From assembly GCA_964106645.2 (NCBI GenBank), contig OZ067042.1: a stretch of 64,000 nt of DNA; one strand, given 5' to 3'. The DNA is from Podarcis pityusensis (Eukaryota). The notes beneath the pieces are model-generated. The model did no database searches. It worked only from the letters and a program-made list of their open reading frames with translations, and was not told the origin of the DNA. Within the stretch, counting starts at the first letter, position 1. The number at the start of each line of letters is the position of its first letter. Below are positions 48,669 through 62,225 of this stretch, piece after piece. A program made the position numbers and the translations under genes.

Positions 48669-51600
48669 GAGATAACTATAGACACATGTGTTTCCTTTTT
48701 TGTATGGTGCCTTAGATTCCATATTGAAGGAAAGGTAGGGCATAAGTCCAACTGATAGATTAAAAAGTGGTGTATAATAAATCAATAAAAGTCATTCCAA
48801 TAATAATAATATAATCCTAATGCACGAACACAACCAGCCATATAGGCAGCTGAGCATATACTCGCACACACTAAAAGCAACCTTAACATACGAAGGATAA
48901 GGAGAATGCTAAGTAACAAAAGACTAGGGCTATGCAAGTATTTAATGAAGTGTCTACAGCTATACAGGAATGCATTCTGCCACATGCCCAGAAAAAGAGA
49001 ACCCTGGAGTTTTGGTGCCACTACTGAGAAGGCTTCGTTTTAGGTACACATCAACCAACCGCGAGGGCAAGGAACCACTAACAGGACATCAACAGAGCTT
49101 CTTTGATTCCTATGATTATATAAGGATCTGGCTTCCTCAAGTATTGAGAGACGACAATGTTCCATTGTCCTTAGACCTGGAGATGGAAGAGTCTTTGTTC
49201 ATTTCTGGCCTCCGTTCTTTTATAGAGAAAGAGATCGTGCTTGACTCTCATGCTTTCTTGAACTGTGGGAGCACGTACATCCATAATGCACTCAAAAGGC
49301 TGCTTATGTTTATAAGTGAAAATTTTAAAGAAAGAATGGGTTAAGCTGATGCAATTAAAGGACAGAAGTTTGTTTGTATTGTGAATGTTCTGCTTAAGCC
49401 TAAGTCACAAGGGTTGGGGGGGGGGTCTTAAGCCTTGCAGCAGCCAGCATCTGTAATGCACAAATGACCTCTGCATGCATGCAGAGAGGTTTTGCGCATG
49501 GGCACGCCCATATGTGCACATGTCTGCATTTCTCTTACTGTGGGAAAATGAACTTGCTTTCAGTCGCCTTATGCATCTGACCACTCAGCTGATCAGTAGA
49601 GCATTGTGGTAAACCACAGCTAAGCTTCAGAGATCTTTTTTAGAACATAGTTCCGGTAGGACTGGATGGTACCTCTTGCATCACCTTGCTCCTGCACCGA
49701 GATGGCCTTCCTTCCTCATCTTTTATCTTTTCTGAACATGGTTGCATACTCCTTGATAACACCATTACAACAAACACACATCAAATCTTTGTCTGATTAG
49801 CAGACCGATAGCTTCTCAGTTGGGTTAGTTGTCGTGTGCACAACAAAGGATGCAGCCAAGTACACAATCTGCAGCTTAACGAACGACAACAGAAGGTTTG
49901 AAAACAAAAATACAGTACGCTGATTAAATAAAGAGGAAAACGGTGTTGCAAGTTGAGTAGGATTTAAGCAACAGCATCACACAAGAGCATCCAAACAAAC
50001 AAGACTTAGATACATGATTTCTCAGCTCTTGCAAGATCTTACCATGTAAACTACACAAAATGCTTATGTTCAGATATAACAATGCTGCTGTAAATAAATA
50101 AATGAGGGTAATGTAAGTAGTAATGAATTAAAATAATAGGGATTCACAATTTAAGAATTTGGTGCCCATGAAAAAATAAGATAAAAATGTACAGGTGTAT
50201 GTTATGATTTTATGATACTGTATAGGTGGGAAATTTCAGGCCTAGAATCCAAATACAGCCCACTCAGTCATCTCTTATTGGGACCTCAAAACTCCCTCTA
50301 GGACACAACCCTCTCCCAGGACCGGGGCAGCTCCCTCAATGGGGCAGAGGTCCCACTGCTGCTTATGTGAGGTGATGGCAAGGCTAGGGCTGCACAGATG
50401 CACCAGCAGGAGTACGGGATTGGCTCTGCTGGTGCACTCCCAGTAAACAACAGGGATGCCACTGCCAGGAGGGTTTCACTGTAAGTTCACTGGGTGAGCC
50501 ATTACACCAGGGGAAATTGCTTTGCAAAAATATGTACATTAGCCAAAATTGCATACAAAAACAAATTGTGATATTAGATATGAGTATCTTAGAGCTTTTC
50601 TCCTAGCATTACTTTATGCTGATACATGCTCTGCTGATGCAAAGCACTGCTCATCCAGGATAGAGACAAGCCGGCTGTACAAAGCCGGCTATACTCCTCC
50701 ATTTCCAGCTTAACCAACTTAATGCAATGCAATGCAATGCTTAGCTCTCTTAACATGCCTTACAGAATATATAGGTCAGCTTCTGCTGGAGTCCTCTGCC
50801 TTGTAGGGCTAGCCCCAGAACAAAGCTGTACAACCCAATCTGCACCCCAAATGCTTTGGTCTGTGGTTTATGGCCCAGATCCAACAAAACAAGTTTCTGG
50901 GAAGGAGAGCCCTGAGAATGACCATGGGTGGGAGGAGAGGGGAGATCATTCCACCTGGCAAGCTCAAACACTTGAGCTTATGGCACAAACATAATAGCAT
51001 GAAGTTGAATTTGTCATAATGTAACTAACATCCGAATCTTTGACATATTTCCATGTCCAGTTGCTTCCAAGGACCAAACTAGATGTGACACCATTCGCAC
51101 AATTAGCAATTACATTAAAAATAAAATTAAAGATGAGGCACGAGGTCCCATATCTGGATCAGGACCACAGTGTGTTATGGTCAAAGGGATGAAGTCTCTT
51201 TAAACCCTCCCACCAGAGTCTCCATCTGGACTAGGGACCCCTATTATTTACTTCTTTTAAATAAAAAAAAATGCTTTCATGATACTGCTAATTGCTTGCA
51301 GGGTCAATTTGCTGATTGTGGTCAAGTTATGGCTGGTTGGGTTATTTGGACACTTGAGGCAGAAAATCCACCAGGGAGTAGGGAATATAAAAATAATAAC
51401 CAACAATTTACTGCCCACAATCTGTTGCCTGAGGCAGCTAGCTCACTCTGCCCAGTGGTAGGGCCGGCTCCAATTGTTCGAATAGTGTCACATCTTGTTT
51501 GGCCCCCAATATGTGAGCTTACAATGACTGGCTCTAAATCTGCTTAGATTCTAAATATGATGGTAAATGGAGAACTAATTGGCATAATTTAAAACTGCTC

Positions 51601-51918
51601 AGATCCATCCAGTCCATGTCACTTTGGAGCTTGAAGTGGAAAACCGAAATGGCCCATAAAAACTAATTGGCAGAGGACATGAGCCACCAGAAAGCCCTCT
51701 TACAAGAATGAGAGCTTCACAAAAACACATGAGTACTTCCAGCCTAGTTCCTAAGCCTGTGTCTTCAACTATGGGAGTTAAATCAGAGTTCCTCCCAAGC
51801 AAATGTGCATAGGATTCCCATCTGAAAAAGCAAGGCAGAACAGAACTATTTGCATGTCGGAAGCACACGTCCTGAATCAAGCATAGCACCCACACGCTAT
51901 GTCATATTCCCTTTCAAC

Positions 51919-52350
51919 CAGGGATGGGGGGAAACATTTGAGTCAGTTCACACTTAAAGGCAAACCCTCCACCCCACCCAATTTGCATTTTTTGAAACAG
52001 TACTTGAACTGAACCACAGCCGTCCTTCAAACTTGGCACTTCTCTAAATTTTGCAATGCACTTATACAGCCAAGTAATGTGTACAGAAATGCATATATTA
52101 GTGAAAAGGATATGGGGGAAATGCATTATATCAGGGGAAATTGTTTTGCTAAAACATGTAAACTAGGCTAAAGTGCATGGAAAAACTTGTAACAAGAAAT
52201 TCGCACAGAAATGCTGGTGTGTTTTCATGAGGACTACTGCGGGGGGGGGGGAGAGTCATAGCCTGCCGTTGGAAATGGGGAGAACTGAATTTCAGGTTAG
52301 AAAAATGAGGAACTGAGAGACACTGAAATTGACAGATTTGCCCATCTCTA
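51919..52350. mobile_element. Non-autonomous hAT-Ac-like DNA transposon, 432 bp
   Basis: TIRs CAGGGATGGG / CCCATCTCTA (Ac-like YAGGGATG). Perfect 8-bp TSD CTTTCAAC at 51911-51918 and 52351-52358. Confidence 0.88.
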
Positions 52351-53654
52351 CTTTCAACACAACCGTGTGCCAGGACATGTGAATTGCAAGAAGGGCAAAA
52401 AAAAGCCTTGCACTTCTTATTTTTGAAGGGGAAACGAGCAAGGCCAAGAACCACTAACTAGCATCTTAACAACTACAACAAAAAACAGCTTCTTCTTTAC
52501 ACGCTACTCTAGAAGATAGACAGCTCTTCTTCTACATATTAACTACCGACTTGCTAACAGTACTGTTCACATATTCTCTACCATAGTATGAGAGGCAATA
52601 TTCACTGGGCAGGAAAATGCCTGCCTACCTGTTCTGAAAAAGTTCGGCACACTGTTCCTTACTGAAGTAGGGAACAGCTTCATGTGGTTAGTACTACTGC
52701 TGCTGCAACTTGGCCAGGAGAGCAGAAAGAAAGGGGAGCAAAAACATTGGCATCTTTGACAGATAACTCCCGAGCATGTGCAGAATCCTTATCCAGATAT
52801 TTCTAGAGATTTTACGTTGCACAGCATACAGAATTCACATTGCAATCTGAGGCACCATTCCTACACGGTGCGTGCATATAGTTATGACAGCAAAAACAGC
52901 TCAGCAAAAATTTTGCTTTCTTATTCTGGAAACTGGCCAGGAAGATGAAAATTGGGTGTGCCTGTAAAATTCCAGCAAACCTACAACCCTGAAAAGGTGA
53001 GAATGGAGAGATGTGGCGGGGAAGGGAGGGAAGTCAAGCGAATCAGACCCTTCTACTGCATAGGGAGTGGCTTTATTTGCCAATGACATATGGTGAAGTA
53101 ATGGGTTAAATGGCAGAGGATGTATGTGGAGTCTCTATACGCGCACAATAACCAAACTTTTGAAGGCAGAGTCGGTGTCACTGTATGCTGCAGTCAGAGG
53201 ATGTGGTGATGCATATTGTCATTGGCAACGTCAAAAGCAGAAATTCAGAGGGGACAAGAAGTTTTAAAAAGAGCAGAGGGAAGTTAGAGACAGTCTACAA
53301 AAGTACAAAGAAATACAATTCAGCAAAAAATAATAATGATATGTCCTTCAGTCGTGCACGGCTCTGGCTATCCCAGGGGAGGGAGTACAGCTCTGCAGAA
53401 TCAGAGACAACCCTGCATGCATGGGCATGGACAAACTGCAGCTTGGAAACGTTTAGCTCTCGGGGACTCCTTTGAGAGTGCAATTGTGTGTAGGGGCTGA
53501 GGCTGTCTATGGCAGAATTGGAAAGCACTGGCCCCAGGGCCCTTGGGTGAGCCTGCTGCTTGCTCCCCCACCTCCTACACTGTAAGAACAGCCCAATTAT
53601 TCCTTGTCTTTGCTTCCTGTTGTTTAACCAATTGCAGAACTGTAAAAGAACTAA

Positions 53655-54021
53655 GGGACGCAGGTGGCGCTGTGGGTAAATCCTCAGCGCCTAGGGCTTG
53701 CCAATTGCATGGTCAGCGGTTCGAATCCCCGCGGCGGGGTGAGCTCCCGTCTCTCGGTCCCAGCTCCTGACCACCTAGCAGTTCGAAAGCACCCCTAAGT
53801 GCAAGTAGATAAATAGGTACCGCTTTATAGCGGGAAGGTAAACGGCGTTTCCGTGTGCTGCGCTGGTGCCGGCTCGCCAGAGCAGCTTCGTCACGCTGGC
53901 CACGTGACCCGGAAGTGTCTCCGGACAGCGCTGGCCCCCGGCCTCTTAAGTGAGATGGGCGCACAACCCTAGAGTCAGACATGACTGGCCCGTATGGGCA
54001 GGGGTACCTTTACCTTTACCT
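53655..54021 (+). mobile_element. Sauria SINE, distinct longer subfamily
   Basis: Same architecture as the others with diagnostic blocks (TCCTCAGCGCCTAGG, GTGTCTCCGGACAGCGCTGGCCCCCGG). 12-bp TSD TAAAAGAACTAA at 53643-53654 and 54022-54033. Confidence 0.93.
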
Positions 54022-54049
54022 TAAAAGAACTAATCCTTCTAGGCCAGCT

Positions 54050-54220
54050 TTCATAGGCATCTGCTTTATACCAAGTCAGGCCATTGGTCCATACAGCTCA
54101 GGGCTGCCTACGTTTGACCGGCAACAGCTTTCCATGGTTTCAGATGGGGGACATTCCCACAGCTGCCCAGAGATGCTGTGGATGGAACCTGGGACTTTCT
54201 GACACACAGAGCAGATGCTA
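54050..54220 (-). mobile_element. tRNA-derived SINE, decayed
   Basis: Homologous to 3527-3852 and 37465-37615. Confidence 0.6.
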
Positions 54221-54289
54221 CACACAAAGATGAGCGATAGCAGTCCCCCAATTTTTTTGTTACCTATGCTAATAGCATTTCTGTAATTC

Positions 54290-54393
54290 TGTGCCCTACA
54301 GAAGTTATTTAACTCCCATCATTCCTGGCCACGGGCTGGGGCTGATGGGGATTGGAGTCCAGCAACATCTGGAGGGCATATTGGCTCCCCCTG
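54290..54393. mobile_element. Short hAT-type MITE fragment
   Basis: AACTCCCATCATTCCTGGCC...GGGGCTGATGGGGATTGGAGTCCAGCAACATCTGGAGGGC, shared with ~24375-24484. Confidence 0.6.
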
Positions 54394-54835
54394 CTATAGT
54401 TATTATGGGATGTAAAAAAAAAAAAAAAAAGCAGCCCAGGCAAATGCTTTCAACATGCAAGCTAGTGGTTGTTTCGTTTGGGGGTTTTGCTTTGCGATTT
54501 GTACCGCAGCCCTCTGCGTGTTTACTCCAAGGTAAGTCTCACTGTGACCAGTGGCGCTTCTCCTCCCTGGTGAGTGTGCAGTCCAAATCTTGGATAGATG
54601 AAAGAGAAGGCCTTTTATACCTTGCTCAGAATCCATGCCACTTGGCTGCCTGAGGTGAAGCTCAAGATGACATCCCCTTTCCGTTGCACCTGCAGCGTCC
54701 TCCACTACACCTGAGGGCAGTGGACTGTATTTGGGGGTGCAGGACAGATCACGTGGCTTATGCAGCTCCGTCGTCCAGTGCCTTGCTGTGGCTCGCTCAC
54801 TGTTCTGCCCAATACCTGTTCACTATCCACTCAAG

Positions 54836-55043
54836 CAGGACTGGCCCTACCATGAGGCAGAGTGAGAGAGGCACCTCAGGCAGCAGTTGCTGGGAGATGT
54901 GGCGTGGTGCCCCCCAAATTAGCCTGCTGCCCTCTGTTGCAGGACAGCACCAGAGTCCATGTAAGGTTCAGCTTCTAGTTTGGTCAACTTACGTACCATC
55001 TTGTCTTTCGTCTCAGGCTGCAATATTTCTTGTGCAGGCCCTG
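54836..55043. mobile_element. hAT MITE, 208 bp
   Basis: TIRs CAGGACTGGC / GCAGGCCCTG. Perfect 8-bp TSD CACTCAAG at 54828-54835 and 55044-55051. Related ends at ~51420-51470 and ~55140-55170. Confidence 0.85.
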
Positions 55044-56904
55044 CACTCAAGACAAATGCAGAAATGCAGCCAGCATTTGTCACATGAGCAGGTCATCACA
55101 CACCTGCTAGAGTGTGCAGCCTGGGCTATCTTATGCGCACCCAGCATGCCTAATGGTAGGGCTGGCCTCACATATCCCCTACTACTGAAATCTGGAAAAT
55201 TACCATAGGCACATAGACCATTCACCTGATCCAGTAAAAGCCAACTTTACAGCACTGAGATAATGCCTTCTATTGAACCCAGCCAGTTTATGTCCTTTAA
55301 TCCAGGTTGCCTCAAATTTCACTAATGTGATTTTTTTTTTCTTTTGTCCCTATGTGTCAATCTGAAACAATCAAATGCTGCACTGTTTTCAGACGCTCGC
55401 CTTTTTAAAGGGGGGTGGAGACACACCCTTCCTAGCCTTCCAAACGGCTGTATCAGTTTCAGCACAAATCTGTTCTTCAAACAGCCAGCACATGTTGAAT
55501 CTTGCTGTCCTCTGAGTTTACAGGAAGAGGCCTCGGATGGGTTAACCGCAGCGGAGCCAACCTTTTCAAGTCATTTAAGGGGGGAAAAAGACGAGTGCTT
55601 GCCCCACAATGAGTCGAATCGTCGCCGAGGCTGCAGGAAACCCTGACCAAATAAGTGGGGTGGGGGGCAGTCATTGGGTCCCTGTCTCTCTCTCTCCCCA
55701 CACCCCACCCCAGGCTAGCTGCGCAAGCCAGCAATGCTGGTTCTTAGTAAGAGAAAACGCAGGCTTTGGGTATCAGTAAACAGTCACATAACCCAGATTT
55801 GAAGCTGCTCCTAAAATTACAGCTGTGGAGCAGACATCCCGGCAGTACAACCTGCTCCTGCGTGCATTTCTCCAACTGCAGCCGAGTGATGTCATTCCTC
55901 ACTCCTAGGGCTCTCAATTATTGCTATTCTTGTTGTTTTCATAACGTCTGGGAAGAAGCTGTCTGTTATTTTTGTTAGCCGAGCATGAGTGTTCTGTAAA
56001 TTCCCACCACGTCGCTGTGCAGCTGACATATTCCACGTATCTCTTCGACTCCCACTGCTTTGGCTCAGAGGCTGGACTGCCTCCTTCCCTGGGTGGGAGA
56101 GGACAAATAATGCACAGCTTTATGGGAGCTGAGGATCAGCCCTAATGAACCCACCACCCCTTGGCAGGGTCGCAAGATAAGAAAGCCCTGTTGTTTTTCT
56201 CTTCGTTGCTGTCCACATACACACACATTGCACACAAATTTCAAGTGTATGCTCAGGTGGTGAAACCCCTGCTCAGGAACTCATTTTGATCAGGGGCCGC
56301 ATTCTGAATTTAGCAAGGGCTGAGGGGCCATCTCTGTGGGTGGTGCTCAAGGCTAAACAAGGCTGTATGTGAAATGTGTCATTGCATCTCACCGATCTGT
56401 TGTGCTTTTCTAAAATTCAAATAGCAGCAGAAGGGGTGTTAAATCTCCCTACCCCACTTGCAGTTTCGAATTGGTACTCTCACACACACTGATTTGAAAC
56501 GGCAATATGGCCTGATAAGAGAAGCTGTTGTTGATGCCACACACTTGGAGGTAAGTCCAGTTGCAACCAAACTTAAGTCCAACAGAATTAACAGAGCAGG
56601 AGCTGGAATGAGAATACCACGTCCTTACATTGGGGGAAAGTTGCTGGGTATAAAACAAACATATTTACTGACCTCCACTGTGAATACGCTTTCAGTCTTT
56701 CTATGCTGCAATACTCAGTGTAGATGGTGTGACATTTCTAATCATATAAACATAATTAAGGAAGATTACACCCAGCCTCCTTCACTTCTGGAACATGAAT
56801 TGCCCCAACAAGGTTTCACCATTAACACCACAATAAACCATACACTATAACTATTATATCTACAAAGACACTCGTTGTAGCTAGTGCTACGCTGTGTTTA
56901 AGGA

Positions 56905-57103
56905 GAGGGCTGTATCTTTAACATGCTTTGCGTTTGCAAAAGTCCGAAGTTCAGTCCCTCACTTCTCTAGAGTTAAGGTGAATAGAATGGGGTTAGGAGA
57001 GACCCCTACCTGAAAACTCAGAGATCCCCTACCACTCAGTGCAAATAAAACTGGGGGGGGGGGCGGTAAACCAAGGGTCTGACTCAGCATAAGCTATGTT
57101 CCT
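56905..57103 (+). mobile_element. tRNA-derived SINE, decayed
   Basis: GGGCTGTA...CATGCTTTGC...AAGTTCAGTCCCT...GTCTGACTCAGCATAAG..CTATGTTCCTA, forward copy of the 3527 family. Confidence 0.55.
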
Positions 57104-57425
57104 AAGCTAGATCAGGATCCTTCTCAAAGCAGGATCTGAAACAAGCCAAAATTTCACATCCTGAATTAAGTGGTGACCATTGTTTGTGTGTGTTAACCAT
57201 GGTTAATACTGCTACAGACATGATAGTTAGCAATAGTTAGAGACCCCTGTTTCCCTCACAGAGCTAAAATGCCCAAGGCAGTTTAGCAATCCCACTACGA
57301 CTGCTTAACATGGTATGATATTGCTTTGAATGCCTAGTAGAGATCAGGCCTCATTGGTCTTTCTAATATGACAGAATAACAAAGTTACAATTTTGGACTT
57401 TACTCCCATTTCTATTCCTATTGAA

Positions 57426-57781
57426 GGGACACGGGTGGCGCTGTGGGTTAAACCAGAGCCTAGGACTTGCCGATCAGAAGGTTGGCGGTTCGAATCCCCG
57501 CAACGGGGTGAGCTCCTGTTGTTCTGTCCCTGCTTCTGCCAACCTAGCAGTTCGAAAGCACGTCAAAGTGCAAGTAGATCAATAGGTACCACTCCGGCGG
57601 GAAGGTAAACGGCGTTTCCGTGCACTGCTCTGGTTCGCCAGAAGCACCTTAGTCATGCTGACTACATGACCCGAAAGCTGTACGCCGGCTCCCTCGGCCA
57701 ATAAAGCGAGATGAGCGCCGCAACCCCAGAGTCGGTCACGACTGGACCTAATGGTCAGGGGTCCCTTTACCTTTACCTTTA
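57426..57781 (+). mobile_element. Sauria SINE, full length
   Basis: CCCTTTACCTTTACCTTTA tail. 12-bp TSD CTATTCCTATTG at 57412-57423 and 57782-57793. Confidence 0.93.
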
Positions 57782-59434
57782 CTATTCCTATTGCTGAGCT
57801 GCACACAGTTTCGCATGTGATTTTGAAATGTCTTTTGTTGCCAAAGTCGGGACCCCTCGCCACAGTTTCAGCAGCGGCGATTACAATTGCAGCAGCGGCA
57901 AAAGGGAAATAAAAGGAATGTAATTGGAAGTCAGTAACCTGGAAGGCTGGGAAACGCTGGGACATTTCAGAAACAGCCACAAGTGGCACGTTCTCAACAA
58001 GCAGAAAACAGGAAGTAGGAGGCCGTCTGCAGCTTCAGAAGCCCCAGGAGGGAAGAATTCTTGCTGCTGACTCAGTTAGAATTTCTCATGGGTTCTCTCC
58101 CAGCAGAAAAGCATACAGCTGCCATAGCAACACCTTTCCCCTCTAATTATTTCATGCATTTGAGAAAATGTGCTCCGTACAGCAAATCAAAGCAAATCTA
58201 GTAGACTCCACTGATGAAAGGAGGAGATGAGGAATCCTCCCCTCCATCCACCAGCAAGAGATTAATAGTACATCTAACTGCAATGTATGCATTTTGCATC
58301 CAGATAATTCCTACACTTTTCTTATATGCAAAGACCTAGAGAGCAAGAGAGGGGGAAGGACAGGGGCAAAAGTTTCTTTGAACATCTGTAGATGATGTAT
58401 GTGTGTATTGGGCACCCCTGGGACTTTTTTACTGCAAAGGATAAGGGTGACTTCCTTTCAGGCTGTGCTTCCACCAGAAAAAACTAGTTGGACCTGCATT
58501 CAGACAATGAACTGTCACTAGCAATGTCAATACATTAGTCACTTGCTGGTGCTATGTGGCACTATTGATAGCAAGGTGGTTTTCTGACACAGAGCAGTAC
58601 CATCAGTTCATCCATTATTCCTTTCATTTTGGATTAAACCGGTGATTTATTTTTTAATTTATTTTTTAGCTTTTAATTTCAAAACAAAAATGAGCAAAAT
58701 CATTTTAGAAAGCTAGCAAGCAGAAAAATCTCTTGACCCTGAATTTGACTGGCAGTGATGTTGGTCAACAGGGCTGAGTTCTCCTTTTGGGGTGTAACTT
58801 TATGTCCTAGGGCTGATTCATGCATGTATGTTCAACACTTGATAACAGATGCACCAAGTGATGCCATGCATGTTCAGGTAAGTCAAAATACTATAACCAG
58901 AAAAGGTTTCTATCACTTTCCAACTAAGTCAGTTCAGACACACCTTCAGCTGCTGGTCAAGTGCCGGAAAACCAAATGCAAGTGTAAACCAGAAATATTA
59001 AAGAGATGCTAGCTGATGTCCCTCTAGAACAGAAAGGCCATGATTCAGGACTCAAGTCACATATGGAGTTTTCCCTGACATTGAAAAGAATAGGTAAAAC
59101 TGCTGTTCGTACTAGTATGCGCTCATTTGGAAGCCAGCAAATGGAACTGAATCCTAGGCTTGAGTATTATCACCCTATGGTCCACCTCCAAAGATATTGT
59201 TAGATTCTCAAAATAAGAGGCACTTATGTAGTTTGGTTGACATTTCCATATTGCTGTGACCCATACTCTGAAGCCATATGGAACACAGCCTTGGTTATGA
59301 CAACAACACATCATAATTGGATGCATGTCATTTTATTATTATTATTGTGGAACTGGCTTTGAAAAGTGTTTGAAAACTTTCAGTTGACCAGAGCTGAGCA
59401 TGGGGAGTTACAGCATGTAATTTGTTGTTGGTCA

Positions 59435-59830
59435 AAGTATACTGGCTTCCAGTCACATGTTCAGGTTCAGTTCAAAATACTGGCTATTATTTTAAATGGC
59501 TTGGGGCCAGGTTACTTAAAGGGCCATCCATGCAGGCCATCCAAGGAGGCCTCCAGATCCCATTGTGATCCAAAAAACACTCAGTTGGCAGGGACATGGG
59601 AGAGGGATTTCCCCACTGGAATGCCCAGGCTCTCCAGAACAGTGCTATCTGTTTTTTGAGATTTTGAGATTTTCAGATGAATATTTTAAATAAATAAATA
59701 AATGGTTTCTTCTGCTTTTTGGAGTCAAATATCAAGGTGTTGCAGGATATTCCTAAGCGTTAATTTGTGGGCCACCTTGGGTGGGTATCTGCAACTGAAA
59801 GATTAGATATGCACATCTGAGTTAATAAAT
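59435..59830 (+). mobile_element. L2 3' fragment, highly decayed
   Basis: ACTGGCTTCCAGT...GTTCAGTTCAAAATACTGGCTATT...AAATGGCTTGGGGCCAGGTTACTTAAAGG (WLP..QFK..LNGLGPGYLK). Confidence 0.6.
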
Positions 59831-60955
59831 AAGAGTACCACCCCTCCTCAAAAAGTCAGGGCAATCGGCATGGGTAGCTGTGCCACCTTCTATGCAGTTT
59901 GCCCATTCCTCACATTGCCCATGTGATATGGGAGGCAGCTGCATAGAAAAGATAACCATGTTGTTGGTGTTTTAAGAGCTGGCTTTTACAGAGACCTGCT
60001 TTTAAACTGATGCTTCAGAGTTCCCTGGCCAAGTACAGAATTAAACTGCAGACCAAAATGTTTGCCCTCACACAGCTGATTTTTAAAATAGCCGGGGAGC
60101 AGGGAGCAGAATTGGATCAGAACCCTTAACCATTGACTCTTTCCATGGTCCCAGTTAGAATGCGGGGGGATAGAAAATTGCACTATTTCTAGTTTTGAAG
60201 AAAGTTGCACAAAGGCAAGCTTTATGACAAACCTTCACCTCTAGTTTGGCCCTTTGGGGCAAACAGCTTACTTAAAATCTTTATATATCCCCCTTTCTTC
60301 AAATCTGCACCATTTCCCTCATCACCCGTTAGCAAAAAGAAAAAAGAAAAGGTCTTGCAGCCCCTGCGACTGCTGTCTATTCTATTGCTCAAAAGGTTGG
60401 GAGAAACAGCGGGATGGGATTGGCGGTAATTGTTTACAGACAGCAACCCAAGTGGCATGGCTTGATTTATTATCGGCCCACAGGATTCAATCCCCGGGAA
60501 GCCAAGCTTTGTGCCCAGTAAAACTGGTAATTTTAGAAAGAACATCTGTTTGAAATGAATTTTTATGCTGATGACAAAAGTTGATGAGCAGACCCCTACA
60601 TGTGTGTTGTGTCCATATGAGCACCACACTCTTTCTTGCCTCTAATGAGAAACATGTACAGCAGATCTCAAAAAGGAGGGAAACAGAGAGAAACAAAAAA
60701 AGGAAAAAAATGAATATGAAAGAGTTAATCCCCTCCTTTCCCTGTTCCCCCTCCCTCTCATTTCCTCTGAATAATGAAATTAGTTGTTCCACAGTCTCTT
60801 GAAGGACTAGTCTTGGTCTTCTTACAGAATAATACATGCTGAGCTCGCTGTGAGAATGCTCTTCCAGTGAACTTTAATCTCCACATCTGTTATAGAGAAA
60901 TAACTCTTATTCCCAATTGGCCATTACTAGCAGAAGACTCGGAGTTCATCCATGC

Positions 60956-60959
<4 letters not shown>

Positions 60960-60987
<28 letters not shown>
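60960..60987. repeat. (TG)n microsatellite
   Basis: Direct reading. Confidence 0.95.
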
Positions 60988-61879
60988 ATCAATGTACTTC
61001 AGCCTTACAGGCATAATAGATTGTTAGTTGCTATTTATACACCTCATTAAAATGCATCCACAAGTTTTATTCTTTTCATTTGACAAATGGGAGCCCAGGC
61101 TCTCATTTTGCAAAAGGTGAACAGTTGACCATTATCCAGCATTACCCTTTGGAACGAAAGAAAGAGAAAATGACTATGAAGCAAGGGAGTGGGGGGGGGA
61201 TCAGTTGCTTATTGCAGATGTGCAAATGACATCGTGCAAAGACTTTCCTCGGGGCTCTGTTGCTTGATGTTGCTGCTTCGTGTATGAATTAACATTAAGT
61301 GTCTTGGGGAAATTGTTGCAGGAAATGATTGATAGTCGCCTAATCTTTCAGGAATAGCTTTTCACTTTCTTGCAAATTCTGTCCTTCTGGCCCCCTGCCA
61401 ATGCTCTTGCCTTTAATTTGGTTTCGATGAAATGATTGGGACAGAGACTAAAGGCTCAAGTGATACGAGTTCAACTCAGATATTCTCGCTTACTGCAAAG
61501 AGCACTGACATGCCTCCTCTTTGTGTATCTCTTTTAAAGAAACAGTTTAAAGAAACATCTCCCAGACTGATTGGATGTGATTTATGATTTTTAAAAAACT
61601 GATTTGATGGCCTCTGCTCAATAGTTTAAAGGCTAGGTTCATATTTGATGGGTTCCAATCCTGGTGGAGAGAAAAAACTATCTCCTAAGATTACAAAGGC
61701 CAGCCTTACCTAGGGACTTTCAAAGGTGGCATTGACATCCAGGGGGAATTTCCAAAAGGCAGTGCTTTGTCCTGGATCTTAGGCAAGTCAATCAAAATAT
61801 CACTTCAATTTTGGCATTTTTGTAAAAACAACTTTGGGGTTGGTCTAAAAAAAAGCTCAACAACTTTTGGGGTGTCCTG

Positions 61880-62225
61880 CCCATTAGTGTAGATAATATT
61901 GAGCTACACTCAGTTTGTGGTCATTCGGCGCAGACAGTGCTGAGCTGCACTCAGTTTGTGGTTGCCACGACCCCAACGGGGACCCCTCAGGGTGCCCCTA
62001 TTTGATGCAAGTCATAGGGCTCCCCCTATTGGTGGTTTACCCTTAGTTGGACTCCCTGCAGATGGGAGGGAGTCGAGATATAGCCTGGCTTCACCCAATG
62101 CCTAAGCCAAACCACTCACTTCTGTAACCAATTAAGTTGTGGCCTATTTGAACCCATAAACCTAAATACTCAGGTCCATGTGTTTATTAACTACTAGGGA
62201 ACTGCGGGTCATGGGGCCTTGGCAC
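61880..62225 (+). mobile_element. Possible LTR/DIRS-type terminal repeat fragment
   Basis: GC-richer segment with a 22-bp internal direct repeat and a poly(A)-signal-like CCAATTAAGTTGTGGCC followed by a T/G-rich tract. No TG..CA/TSD pair could be fixed. Confidence 0.3.

Noticed and set aside
56458-56850. 130-aa + strand ORF
   Set aside because: TTG start, no recognisable domain or splice context. Compatible with chance.
61900-61962. CRISPR-like repeat-spacer-repeat
   Set aside because: Only two 22-bp units, eukaryotic context, no cas genes. Better explained as an LTR-type internal duplication.
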